Assembly (NCBI GenBank): GCA_002337045.1
Contig: DDFF01000008.1
Location: forward strand, 215,143 to 279,142
Source: Bacteroidetes bacterium UBA1935
Lineage (GTDB): Bacteria > Bacteroidota > Bacteroidia > Chitinophagales > Chitinophagaceae
Reading direction: 5' to 3'
Length of the DNA stretch: 64,000 nucleotides
Every line of letters begins with the position of its first letter. The first letter of the stretch is position 1. This document shows positions 38,578 through 47,497 of this stretch, in pieces. Both the position numbers and the translations under genes were made by a program. A model generated the notes under the pieces. That model had not been told where the DNA came from and searched no databases. It saw only the letters and a list, made by a program, of their open reading frames with translations.

Positions 38578-39687
38578 ATGAAAATCTTTATCACTTATGA
38601 ATACTTTTTGCCTGCCTACAAAGCAGGTGGTCCTGTGCAATCATTAGCAAATCTTATTGCTAATTACAGTCATTCAGATATATATATCTATTGCAGGAAT
38701 ACAGATTTAGATGGGACTATATTAGATGTAAAAACTAATGAGTGGGTACAATTCAATAAGCATACTAAAGTGTTTTACGCGTCAGGTAAAAGTGAAACTT
38801 CTGTATACGATTTATTGAGAGAAGTAGAGCCAGATGTAATATTTATAAATGGCATCTTCTCTCCTGCATTTAATCTGAAACCACTCCTGTGGTCGGGAAA
38901 CGCACACAAAGTGGTATCTGCAAGAGGAATGTTGCACCCCGGTGCCCTTAGTCAAAAGTCGCTGAAAAAGAAGATGTATCTGACAGCATATAAGCTATTA
39001 GGGCTGCATAAGAAATGCATATTTCATGTTACCACAGCAGAAGAGAAGCAATACGTGATAGACACGTTTGGTAGTAGCGTGAAAGTATTTGTAGCTCCGA
39101 ACTTCCCGAATGTGATTAGTAAACTCCCGGCAACAACTAAAGATGCAGGTAAGCTAAAGCTTATAACAATTGCACTGATAAGCCCCATGAAAAACATCAA
39201 ATTGGTATTGGAAGCTTTGGTGAAATGTAACGCTGAAATCTCATATAATATATACGGACCTATAAAAGATGCTGCATATTGGCAGGAGTGTCAGGCGGTG
39301 ATTGCAGCAATGCCCTCGAATGTAAAAGTGGAATATCATGGTGCTGTAACACCTGATAAAATGCTGAGTGTGCTTGCTGATAGTCATTGCATGATACAAC
39401 CCAGTAAAAGCGAAAACTTCGGGCATGCTATCTATGAGGCGCTTGCAGCAGGGAAACCAGTTATAACAAGCCATTACACACCGTGGAATAAACTCGAAGA
39501 GGCTAATGCAGGTTTTAATGTAGATATTAATAACATACAGTCAATTATAGATGGCATCGAAAAAATGGCATCGCTCGATAATGAGGCATATGCAGCTAGC
39601 AGTAGTGCAACTGCACAGTATGCTAAGAAAAGTATAGATGTTGCATTGGTAAAGAAAGACTATGATGCAATGTTTTTAAGTAAATAA
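38578..39687 (+). CDS. Glycosyltransferase, GT4
   Basis: 'FLPAYKAGGPVQS', 'PSKSENFGHAIYEALAAGKPVITS'. Confidence 0.75.
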   Translation: MKIFITYEYFLPAYKAGGPVQSLANLIANYSHSDIYIYCRNTDLDGTILDVKTNEWVQFNKHTKVFYASGKSETSVYDLLREVEPDVIFINGIFSPAFNLKPLLWSGNAHKVVSARGMLHPGALSQKSLKKKMYLTAYKLLGLHKKCIFHVTTAEEKQYVIDTFGSSVKVFVAPNFPNVISKLPATTKDAGKLKLITIALISPMKNIKLVLEALVKCNAEISYNIYGPIKDAAYWQECQAVIAAMPSNVKVEYHGAVTPDKMLSVLADSHCMIQPSKSENFGHAIYEALAAGKPVITSHYTPWNKLEEANAGFNVDINNIQSIIDGIEKMASLDNEAYAASSSATAQYAKKSIDVALVKKDYDAMFLSK

Positions 39688-39700
39688 ACAATAGAGCATA

Positions 39701-41428
39701 ATGATAATTTTAGGTATTAATGCCTACCACGCAGACTCAAGCGCTGCTATCCTGAAAGATGGCGAATTGATTGCTGCATCTGAAGAAGAAAGGTTTACAA
39801 GGGTAAAACACTGGGCAGGGTTTCCTGAAAAAGCAATTCTGTTTTGCCTGAAAGAATTAGGCATTACCATCAATGAGGTTGACCATATCGCCATTGGCCG
39901 AGATCCGAAAGCTAAGTTTGACAAGAAGATGCTGTATTTGCTTAAAAATCCCGGAGGTGGATTTAAGACTGTGATGAACAGGCTCAGCAATACAAAGAAA
40001 GTAGCATCGTTAGAACAGGAGCTGTCTCGCATCACAGGTGTAGATGCAGCATTAATCAAACCAAAGATTCATAACGTAGAGCATCACCGCAGTCACCTGG
40101 CATCTGCATTTTTTGCAAGCCCTTATAACGAGGCTGCGCTCTTGTCTATCGATGGCTCGGGCGATTTTACCAGCACCATGATAGCTGTTGGTAAAGGCAA
40201 TAAAATTGAAGTGCTCGATTCGGTGGATTTCCCCGTATCGGTTGGTACATTCTATACTGCATTCACTCAATACCTCGGTTTCCCACATTATGGTGATGAA
40301 TACAAAGTAATGGGTCTTGCACCGTATGGTGAACCGAAGTATGTTGATAAGATAAGAGATGTAATCAAGTTTACGGAAGACGGGCTGTTTACATGGAACC
40401 AGAAATATTTCAAGTCTGCCAAAGATGTTGTAGTTACTTATGGCGATGACCACATCCCGTTTGTAGGTAGTTTGTTTGCGCCATATTTTGAAGAAAAATT
40501 TGGTAAGGCTCGTGGCAAAGGAGATGAGCTGACGCAATATCATAAAGACATAGCTGCATCAGTGCAGCGTTTTACAGAAGAGCTGATATTCCATATTGTA
40601 AATCACCTGCAAAAACGTACCGGTTTAAAGAACCTTTGTATAGCAGGTGGTGTGGCGCAGAACTCTGTAGCTAATGGCAAGATATTGGCAAACTCAGGTT
40701 TCGAAAACCTGTATATACCTTCTGCAGGACATGATGCCGGTATCTCTATGGGGTCTGCATTTTATGTGTACAATCAGGTGTTGAGTCAACCACGTGCTAA
40801 AGCTGTTTACTCTGCTTACACTGGTAGTAAATTCAGCAACGAAGAAATTGAAGCATTCCTGAAAGAACGCAATATCACTTATAAACGTTTGGATGATGCT
40901 GCGTTGTACGATTATGTGTCAGACAGATTAGTGAATGCAGGTGTTGTTGGTTGGTTTCAGGGACGTGCGGAGTTTGGCCCGCGTGCATTGGGTGGCAGGT
41001 CTATACTGGCAGACCCGCGCCGTACAGATGCTAAAGATTTGCTGAATGCAAAAATCAAACGTCGCGAAAGTTTCCGCCCGTTTGCTCCATCTATATTGAA
41101 GGAGTTTGTACCGGAATACTTTGAATACACAGAAAATGTGCCGTTCATGGAAAAAGTTTTCCCGATAAAGAAAGAAAAACACAGTGCCATCCCGGCCGTT
41201 ACACACGTAGATGGCACAGGCCGTTTGCAGAGTGTAGATAAAACAGTATCGCCACGTTATTACGGGCTAATAGATGCTTTCCGTCAGAAGACAGGTGTGC
41301 CTATATTGTTGAATACATCGTTTAACGAAAACGAACCGATTGTAAACACACCTGCCGAAGCGTTGGATTGTTTCCTGCGTACGAAGATGGATATGCTGGT
41401 ACTTGAAAACTGCGTTGTAGAAAGATAA
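39701..41428 (+). CDS. Carbamoyltransferase, NodU/CmcH family
   Basis: 'ILGINAYHADSSAAILKDGELIAASEEERFTRVKH', 'GRAEFGPRALGGRSILADP', 'HVDGTGRLQ', 'NTSFNENEPIV'. Confidence 0.88.
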   Translation: MIILGINAYHADSSAAILKDGELIAASEEERFTRVKHWAGFPEKAILFCLKELGITINEVDHIAIGRDPKAKFDKKMLYLLKNPGGGFKTVMNRLSNTKKVASLEQELSRITGVDAALIKPKIHNVEHHRSHLASAFFASPYNEAALLSIDGSGDFTSTMIAVGKGNKIEVLDSVDFPVSVGTFYTAFTQYLGFPHYGDEYKVMGLAPYGEPKYVDKIRDVIKFTEDGLFTWNQKYFKSAKDVVVTYGDDHIPFVGSLFAPYFEEKFGKARGKGDELTQYHKDIAASVQRFTEELIFHIVNHLQKRTGLKNLCIAGGVAQNSVANGKILANSGFENLYIPSAGHDAGISMGSAFYVYNQVLSQPRAKAVYSAYTGSKFSNEEIEAFLKERNITYKRLDDAALYDYVSDRLVNAGVVGWFQGRAEFGPRALGGRSILADPRRTDAKDLLNAKIKRRESFRPFAPSILKEFVPEYFEYTENVPFMEKVFPIKKEKHSAIPAVTHVDGTGRLQSVDKTVSPRYYGLIDAFRQKTGVPILLNTSFNENEPIVNTPAEALDCFLRTKMDMLVLENCVVER

Positions 41429-42568
41429 GTGAAGATTGTATTTGTAAACCAGACAGCCAATTACCTGTTTGCAGACATCATTACGGCGTTTGCAAACAAA
41501 ATGCCTGATGTGCAGATAGAAGCATGGTATGGAAGTTTTGATTATGATGTAACGAAATTGCCTGCTAATGTTACTACACATATAGGGCCTGTGTACGATA
41601 GGACAAGCTTCTTTCGCAGGTTTAGGACATGGACGAAGTTTTACTTCTGGATGCGTAACAAGGTGAAGCAGGAGGATATTGCAAACACAAAATTCTTCTT
41701 TGTTTCTAATCCGCCACTGTTTGTCTTTTTGCCACGTTTACAGAAAATGCAGTTCGCTACTTTGATATACGACTTGTATCCCGATGTACTAACTGGTTTT
41801 AGGAAGAATGCTTTGTTGAATAACATTGCAAACTATTGGGCCAAGAAGAACATGCAAGTGTTACCATCTGCACAAAAGATATTTACGCTTGGCACAGGTT
41901 TGAAAAATGCCATAGAAAAATACCTTCCTGCCTCTGTTACAGATAAAGTACAAGTAGTACCTATCTGGAATAAACAGGTTGAAACAGTAAATGCGTCGAC
42001 AAGAGATTTCAGAAAAGAATGGGGGCTGGCAGATAAGAAAGTAATTCTCTATTCCGGCAATATAGGCCTTACACACCCGCTTGAATACTTAGTAGAGATT
42101 GCTAAGAAACTACAATCATATCCTGACTGGGCAGTTGTAGTAGTGGGCAATGATAGCAAGAAAGTAAAGTTGAAAGACTTGGCAATTGGACTTGATAACA
42201 TTCAGTTTCATGCACCAGTGCCATTTGCAGACCTGTCGCAGTTGTTGTCTATTGCTACTTGGGGTTATGTAACACTCGATACAAGTGCTACCAACAATTC
42301 TGTACCAAGTAAAACATATAATCTGTTAGCAGCAGGTAGCCCGCTGTTGGCAATGGTAAATAGCTCGTCAGAAATTGCATCGCTGATAGATACCTACAAT
42401 GTCGGCATCTCCTTCAAAGAAGATGATATAGATGCGGCATTGCAAAAGCTGCTAAGCATAGATGCTCCGCAGCACAATCAACTAAAGCAAAATGCAGTGG
42501 AATGTTCAAAGCATTTCACCAAAGCATTGGCAGATAATTTTGTAGAAAGCCTCGGCTGGCATGTATAA
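41429..42568 (+). CDS. Glycosyltransferase, GT4 (WcaI-like)
   Basis: 'KIVFVNQTANYLFADI', 'ILYSGNIGLTHPLE', 'PSKTYNLLAAGSPLLA'. GTG start directly after the upstream TAA. Confidence 0.6.
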   Translation: MKIVFVNQTANYLFADIITAFANKMPDVQIEAWYGSFDYDVTKLPANVTTHIGPVYDRTSFFRRFRTWTKFYFWMRNKVKQEDIANTKFFFVSNPPLFVFLPRLQKMQFATLIYDLYPDVLTGFRKNALLNNIANYWAKKNMQVLPSAQKIFTLGTGLKNAIEKYLPASVTDKVQVVPIWNKQVETVNASTRDFRKEWGLADKKVILYSGNIGLTHPLEYLVEIAKKLQSYPDWAVVVVGNDSKKVKLKDLAIGLDNIQFHAPVPFADLSQLLSIATWGYVTLDTSATNNSVPSKTYNLLAAGSPLLAMVNSSSEIASLIDTYNVGISFKEDDIDAALQKLLSIDAPQHNQLKQNAVECSKHFTKALADNFVESLGWHV

Positions 42569-43181
42569 GCAATTTTTCAAATCATTGTTAGATAAGCTCA
42601 TCGCGCTGATAGGATTTGTTGTTCTGTCTCCATTGTTTCTGCTGGCAATGATATTACTTTTCATAGCTAACCATGGCAAGCCGTTTTTCTTTCAGCCCCG
42701 TCCCGGTAAGAGAGGTAGAATATTCCGCATCATAAAGTTCAAAACCATGAACGATGCAAAGGATGAAAACGGACAATTACTCTCTGATGAAAAACGCCTT
42801 ACAGTAGTTGGTAAGATTGTGCGCAAAACATCTATCGATGAAATACCGCAACTGCTGAATGTACTGATTGGAGATATGAGCCTGATAGGTCCACGTCCGT
42901 TACTCTCTGAGTACTTGCCGTTGTATAATGAACGCCAGCGCCGCAGGCATGAAGTGAAGCCAGGCATTACGGGATGGGCACAGGTTAATGGTCGTAATTC
43001 TATATCTTGGGAAGAGAAATTTGAACTCGACGTGTATTATGTCGATCATATTTCTTTCCTGCTCGATGTAAAGATATTGCTGATGACAGTAGTAAATGTA
43101 TTTCGTGGCAAGGGTGTCAGTCAGGAAGGTGCAGCTACAATGGAAAAATTTAAAGGAACACCAAAGCAACAGGCATCATGA
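42561..43181 (+). CDS. Small monotopic phosphoglycosyltransferase (bacterial sugar transferase, PglC/WbaP-C-terminal type); the initiating enzyme
   Basis: N-terminal re-entrant helix 'LIGFVVLSPLFLLAMILLFI', 'KFKTM', 'DEIPQLLNVLIGDMSLIGPRP', 'PGITGWAQVNGRN'. Confidence 0.9.
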   Translation: MYKQFFKSLLDKLIALIGFVVLSPLFLLAMILLFIANHGKPFFFQPRPGKRGRIFRIIKFKTMNDAKDENGQLLSDEKRLTVVGKIVRKTSIDEIPQLLNVLIGDMSLIGPRPLLSEYLPLYNERQRRRHEVKPGITGWAQVNGRNSISWEEKFELDVYYVDHISFLLDVKILLMTVVNVFRGKGVSQEGAATMEKFKGTPKQQAS

Positions 43182-43783
43182 TATTATTCGGCGCAAGTGG
43201 TCATGGTAAGGTTATTATAGATATACTGGAACTGAATGGTATAGATGATATCACCATCTGGGACGATAATGCTACTGCACCTGTATGGGATTACGAAACA
43301 TCTAGGCCCGATGCAGTATCATTGGCAGATGAACCGATTATCATTTCAATCGGCAGTAATGAAGCCCGCAAAAAAGTGGTAGAACGTCTGCCTTCTGATG
43401 CCAACTATATCGTTGCGATTCACCCGCAGGCAGTACTTGCAAGAACGGTAAGTATAGATAACGGTACAGTCATCTTGGGCGGTGTGGTTATCAATCCCGA
43501 TACTACAATCGGCAAGCACTGCATCATCAACACAAACGCATCAGTAGATCATGATTGTGAGATTGGCGACTATGTACACATATCTCCAAACGTGGCACTG
43601 TGTGGTAATATATCAATAGGTGAGGGTACGCATATTGGTGCCGGCACTGTAGTAATACCCGGAAAGAAAATAGGCAAGTGGTGTGTGATAGGTGCGGGTA
43701 GTGTAATAATAGAAGACGTTCCTGATTATGCTACAGTAGTAGGTAATCCGGGTCGCGTCATTAAAACTTCAAAGAAAGATTAG
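43178..43783 (+). CDS. PglD/NeuD-family hexapeptide-repeat aminosugar N-acetyltransferase
   Basis: 'ILFGASGHGKVIID' and beta-helix repeats 'IGKHCIINTNASVDHDCEIGDYVHISPNVALCGNISIGEGTHIGAG'. ATGA overlap. Confidence 0.8.
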   Translation: MILFGASGHGKVIIDILELNGIDDITIWDDNATAPVWDYETSRPDAVSLADEPIIISIGSNEARKKVVERLPSDANYIVAIHPQAVLARTVSIDNGTVILGGVVINPDTTIGKHCIINTNASVDHDCEIGDYVHISPNVALCGNISIGEGTHIGAGTVVIPGKKIGKWCVIGAGSVIIEDVPDYATVVGNPGRVIKTSKKD

Positions 43784-43789
43784 CGATAC

Positions 43790-44917
43790 ATGAATTCAAA
43801 AATCTGGCTTTCATCTCCGCACATGGGTGGTACAGAGCTTAGCTACATCCACGAGGCTTTTGATACAAATTGGGTAGCACCACTTGGCCCCAATGTCGAT
43901 AATTTCGAGAAAGACATTACGGCATTTCTGAAGGAAGATGTGCATGTTGCAGCGCTTAGTTCAGGTACGGCTGCATTGCATCTTGCATTGGTATTGGCAG
44001 GTGTACAGGCAGGCGATGAAGTTATTTGCCAGAGCATGACGTTCTCTGCATCTGCTAATCCAATCGCATACCTCGGTGCAATACCCGTATTTGTAGATAG
44101 CGAGTCCGAGACAATGAACATGTCTCCCGCGTTGCTGGAACAGGCCATTCAGGACAGGATAGCGAAAGGGAAAACACCCAAGGCAATCATACCGGTACAC
44201 CTGTATGGTATGCCTGCTAAGATAAATGAGATACAAGCCATAGCGGATAAGTATGGCATTGCCGTGATTGAAGACGCTGCAGAGGCTTTAGGTTCTTATG
44301 TAGATGGTAAGATGTGCGGCACTTATGGTGTCATCAGTGCATTGTCTTTCAATGGCAATAAAATCATTACCACATCCGGCGGCGGTGCATTGGTTGCACA
44401 CAGCAAAGAGCTGACACAGAAAGCTACCTTCCTTGCTACACAGGCACGCGATGCTGCTCCGCATTACGAGCACTCGCATATTGGCTACAACTACCGCATG
44501 AGCAATATTTGTGCAGGCATAGGTCGGGGACAAATGGAAGTATTGGTTAAGCGTGTTGAACAACGCAGAGCGATATACAACAGGTACTACGACAAAATGA
44601 AAAACCTGAAGGGCGTATCTTTTGTAGATGAGCCTGCAGGCTATTTCAGCAACAGGTGGCTAACTACTATTTTGATAGACCCTGCAAGTGGTATAACAAG
44701 AGAAATACTGCGCCTAGCTTTAGAGCAAGACAATATAGAATCCCGCCCGTTGTGGAAGCCTATGCACATGCAACCAATATTTGCCGACGCTCCTTTCTAT
44801 GGCGATGGTACATCGGAGCGATTATTCCGCGATGGGCTCTGTCTGCCTTCCGGTTCTAATCTTACAGATGCAGACTTCGAACGCATATTCAAAGTGATAA
44901 ATGCCGTATTTGCTTAG
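43790..44917 (+). CDS. DegT-family aminotransferase (PglE-like, 4-keto-6-deoxy-HexNAc aminotransferase type)
   Basis: 'IWLSSPHMGGTELSYIHEAFDTNWVAPLGPNV', 'SFNGNKIITTSGGGAL' (PLP lysine). Confidence 0.85.
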   Translation: MNSKIWLSSPHMGGTELSYIHEAFDTNWVAPLGPNVDNFEKDITAFLKEDVHVAALSSGTAALHLALVLAGVQAGDEVICQSMTFSASANPIAYLGAIPVFVDSESETMNMSPALLEQAIQDRIAKGKTPKAIIPVHLYGMPAKINEIQAIADKYGIAVIEDAAEALGSYVDGKMCGTYGVISALSFNGNKIITTSGGGALVAHSKELTQKATFLATQARDAAPHYEHSHIGYNYRMSNICAGIGRGQMEVLVKRVEQRRAIYNRYYDKMKNLKGVSFVDEPAGYFSNRWLTTILIDPASGITREILRLALEQDNIESRPLWKPMHMQPIFADAPFYGDGTSERLFRDGLCLPSGSNLTDADFERIFKVINAVFA

Positions 44918-44939
44918 CAGATACTTACACATAAAAAGA

Positions 44940-44967
44940 GAAGCCCCGTTCTATAGAACGGGGCTTC
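44940..44967. terminator. Bidirectional rho-independent terminator closing the glycan locus and the convergent DUF3098 gene
   Basis: Perfect 12-bp stem gaagccccgttc-tata-gaacggggcttc, A-rich 5' flank and T-rich 3' flank. Confidence 0.85.
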
Positions 44968-44990
44968 TTCGTTATAAAGCAGTTTTTTAA

Positions 44991-45263
44991 TTAAGCTTGG
45001 TTAGCAGGCTTCTTCATGATAGCATATACTTCTATCGCAAAGCCCAAAAGTATCAGCAGTGGTGCAACAGTGATGCGTGTTGTGCTGTAAACTTCGTCGT
45101 AGTTGAATTTATGCGGGTCAGGGCTTTTGCCACCGGACATCAGCATGAAGCCGATAAGTATTACAACAACACCAGCTATCATCCACATATAATTGCCTTT
45201 ATCAAACAGGAAAGTCTGGTTGCCTTTAGGTGTTAAATCTTTTGTTGTTTTAGTTATTGCCAT
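44991..45263 (-). CDS. Small two-TM membrane protein, DUF3098-like
   Basis: 90 aa, 'FDKGNYMWMIAGVVVILIGFMLMSGG'. Sits downstream of ftsX, as is usual in Bacteroidota. Confidence 0.6.
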   Translation of the reverse strand: MAITKTTKDLTPKGNQTFLFDKGNYMWMIAGVVVILIGFMLMSGGKSPDPHKFNYDEVYSTTRITVAPLLILLGFAIEVYAIMKKPANQA

Positions 45264-45288
45264 AGCTTACAATATTAGGAAAGAATTT

Positions 45289-46146
45289 TTAATAAAGGTC
45301 GTCAACATGCATTTTTAAATACTTCACTACAGAGCGGTGCGTGCTCAGCAGCGATATCAGTACACCCAGCACTATCATACCGAATATCAGCGTGAATAGC
45401 AGAGCAGGCTCGCGCAACGCTTTGATTGGCGGGAACTGGCTCTCAGCAAAAGAGATGACCAACCACAGCCCAATAGCAGATATCACACCGCTTATCAAAC
45501 CATTCAGTATCGCGCGTTTATCAAACGGGCGAGATATGAAGTAGCGTGTAGCACCCACCATCTGCATAGTCTTAATCAGGAAGCGGTTGCTGAACATAGC
45601 AAGGCGTACGGTATTGTCTATCAGTATAGCCACTACTACAAACAGCAGCAGCGATATGCCACCCAATATCAGTCCTATCTTTCTGAAATTACTGTTGATA
45701 TTATCTACAATTGTATTCGGATAAGCAACATCGCGCACAATATTGCTCTGCATTGCAAACGCTCTGATTTTTACCAGGCTGTCTTTATTTACATATGCCG
45801 AATGCAGATTGAGCGATATAGAAGCATACAGCGGGTTAAAGTCCAGCAGCTCAGAAAAATCCTCACCACCTTCCTCAAAAAACTTTTTCGCAGCTTCTTC
45901 TTTGGTAATGATGGTAGCCTTTTTGGTAAAAGGCTGATTGTCCAGAATCATTTTCATTTTCTGGATGTTTTCTGTACGGGTATTATCGTGCAGTATCACA
46001 TCCACCTGTATATCTTCTTTAAATACACGGCTCAGCGCACGCCCGTTTATCATCAGCCAACCCAGGTTGCCCAGCAGGAATAATACCAGTGAGATACCTA
46101 TGATGGCATATATATATGATGGTTTTGCTTTTTTTACGGCAGACAT
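45289..46146 (-). CDS. ftsX: Cell-division ABC-transporter-like permease FtsX
   Basis: N-terminal TM helix, periplasmic domain, then three C-terminal TM helices with 'FLIKTMQMVGATRYFISRPF'. Confidence 0.8.
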   Translation of the reverse strand: MSAVKKAKPSYIYAIIGISLVLFLLGNLGWLMINGRALSRVFKEDIQVDVILHDNTRTENIQKMKMILDNQPFTKKATIITKEEAAKKFFEEGGEDFSELLDFNPLYASISLNLHSAYVNKDSLVKIRAFAMQSNIVRDVAYPNTIVDNINSNFRKIGLILGGISLLLFVVVAILIDNTVRLAMFSNRFLIKTMQMVGATRYFISRPFDKRAILNGLISGVISAIGLWLVISFAESQFPPIKALREPALLFTLIFGMIVLGVLISLLSTHRSVVKYLKMHVDDLY

Positions 46147-46297
46147 TCAATTTCCTTATCGCTCAAAAATATAAAAATAAGGCAGAAAACGGGGGGCTAA
46201 TACCTATTTTACTATGCATTTAACAATTTCATTTATGTCGTTGCGTTATATACCAAACCAACATTTATCTATTTTAGCCAACGAATCAACTTAACAC

Positions 46298-47431
46298 ATG
46301 CAGGATTTAACCCATTTCTTTGCCAACAGGCATTTTATTGAAACCAAACCAACAGGTACTTACCAGTCTATGAAGCTAGGGGCCAACATACAATTTGCTA
46401 CGCTGGACAATTTTGACTGGGACGATGCAGAGATAGTTATTATTGGTTGCGGCGAACAAAGAGGTGAGAATGAAGAACTTGGCTATAGCAACGGGCCCGA
46501 TGCCATTCGTGAGGAATTGTATAAAATGTTCTCCTGGCACCCTGCGGTAAAAATTACCGATGCAGGCAATATTCTGGAAGGTGCAGGCCTTGGCGATTCG
46601 CGCGCGGCATTGCGTACTGTATTGCACGAGTTGGAACAAGCAGGCAAAACAGTCATAGTACTCGGGGGCTCTCACGACCTGACACTGCAGCAATACGAAG
46701 CATTCAAGAAATCTGAAAAAATGATTAATGCAACGGTAGCCGATATGCTGATAGACCTTGATGAGGAAGAAGCCGTAACATCGCGCAGCTTCCTGATGGA
46801 TATGCTGACAGGGCAGCCCAACTTCATAACACACTACAGCCACATTGGTTTCCAGAGCTATTACGCCCACCCGCGTATGCTGGAAACACTGGATAAACTT
46901 CGTTTCGATTTCTTCCGCCTGGGTAAGGTGCGCGAGCATTTTGAAGATGTAGAACCTGTGCTGCGCAACAGCCACATGTTCAGCTTCGATATGTCTGCTG
47001 TAAGGTATAGCGACGCACCTGTAAATGTAAACGGCTCTCCGAACGGCTTTACGGGCGATGAGGCTTGCATACTGACTCGCTATGCAGGTATGGGTACCAA
47101 CCTCAGTTCTTTCGGCATCTATGGCTACGACCCTAAGCACGATGTGCATAATATGACAGCCAAGCTCATATCGCAGATGATATGGTATTTTATAGATGGC
47201 TATCTGGTGCGCAAATCTGAGGCTAAACTGACTGACCACGAAGAGTTTATATCATTCCACGTGGCATTTACAGAAAACGAAACGGTATTCCTGAAGAGCA
47301 AACGTACCAACCGCTGGTGGATGAAGCTGCCAAACGGTTCTTACGTGCCATGTTCTTACAACGACTATATAGCTGCCAGCAATGATGAAATACCAGAACG
47401 CTGGCTGCGCGAACAGGAACGTCTTATCTGA
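46298..47431 (+). CDS. Arginase/ureohydrolase-fold protein (formimidoylglutamase-like) with atypical metal-site motifs
   Basis: 'VIVLGGSHDLT', 'DMLIDLD' and 'FSFDMSAVRYSDAP' lie in the order and spacing of the GGDHS / DAHxD / SxDxDxxDP motifs. Confidence 0.55.
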   Translation: MQDLTHFFANRHFIETKPTGTYQSMKLGANIQFATLDNFDWDDAEIVIIGCGEQRGENEELGYSNGPDAIREELYKMFSWHPAVKITDAGNILEGAGLGDSRAALRTVLHELEQAGKTVIVLGGSHDLTLQQYEAFKKSEKMINATVADMLIDLDEEEAVTSRSFLMDMLTGQPNFITHYSHIGFQSYYAHPRMLETLDKLRFDFFRLGKVREHFEDVEPVLRNSHMFSFDMSAVRYSDAPVNVNGSPNGFTGDEACILTRYAGMGTNLSSFGIYGYDPKHDVHNMTAKLISQMIWYFIDGYLVRKSEAKLTDHEEFISFHVAFTENETVFLKSKRTNRWWMKLPNGSYVPCSYNDYIAASNDEIPERWLREQERLI

Positions 47432-47452
47432 TAGTATTTGACACAAATAACG

Positions 47453-47460
47453 TATTTTTG
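47453..47460 (+). promoter_or_regulatory. Candidate Bacteroidota -7 box (TAnnTTTG) upstream of hflX
   Basis: 'tatttttg' with a TTTG at 47437-47440. The spacing to that TTTG is shorter than the consensus. Confidence 0.2.
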
Positions 47461-47467
47461 TATGCAG

Positions 47468-47497
47468 AACCATCCGCTTAGCGGGTGGTTTTTGTTT
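47468..47497 (+). terminator. Stem-loop plus T-tract between the arginase-fold gene and hflX
   Basis: 9-bp stem aaccatccg / cgggtggtt (one G-U pair), 5-nt loop, then tttgttt. It ends 9 nt before the hflX ATG. Confidence 0.7.

Noticed and set aside
46376-47239. Long antisense ORFs in the track: 46376-47239(-), 47668-48300(-), 51616-52257(-), 56439-57224(+), 57560-58198(+), 25993-26535(-), 63253-63999(-), 40052-40543(-) and others
   Set aside because: Each lies opposite a gene whose product carries unmistakable family motifs (arginase fold, HflX, RseP, CysS, EEP, formyltransferase, the secreted protein, carbamoyltransferase). Their translations are Cys/His/Phe-rich and low in complexity, with no recognisable motifs, so they are shadow ORFs.
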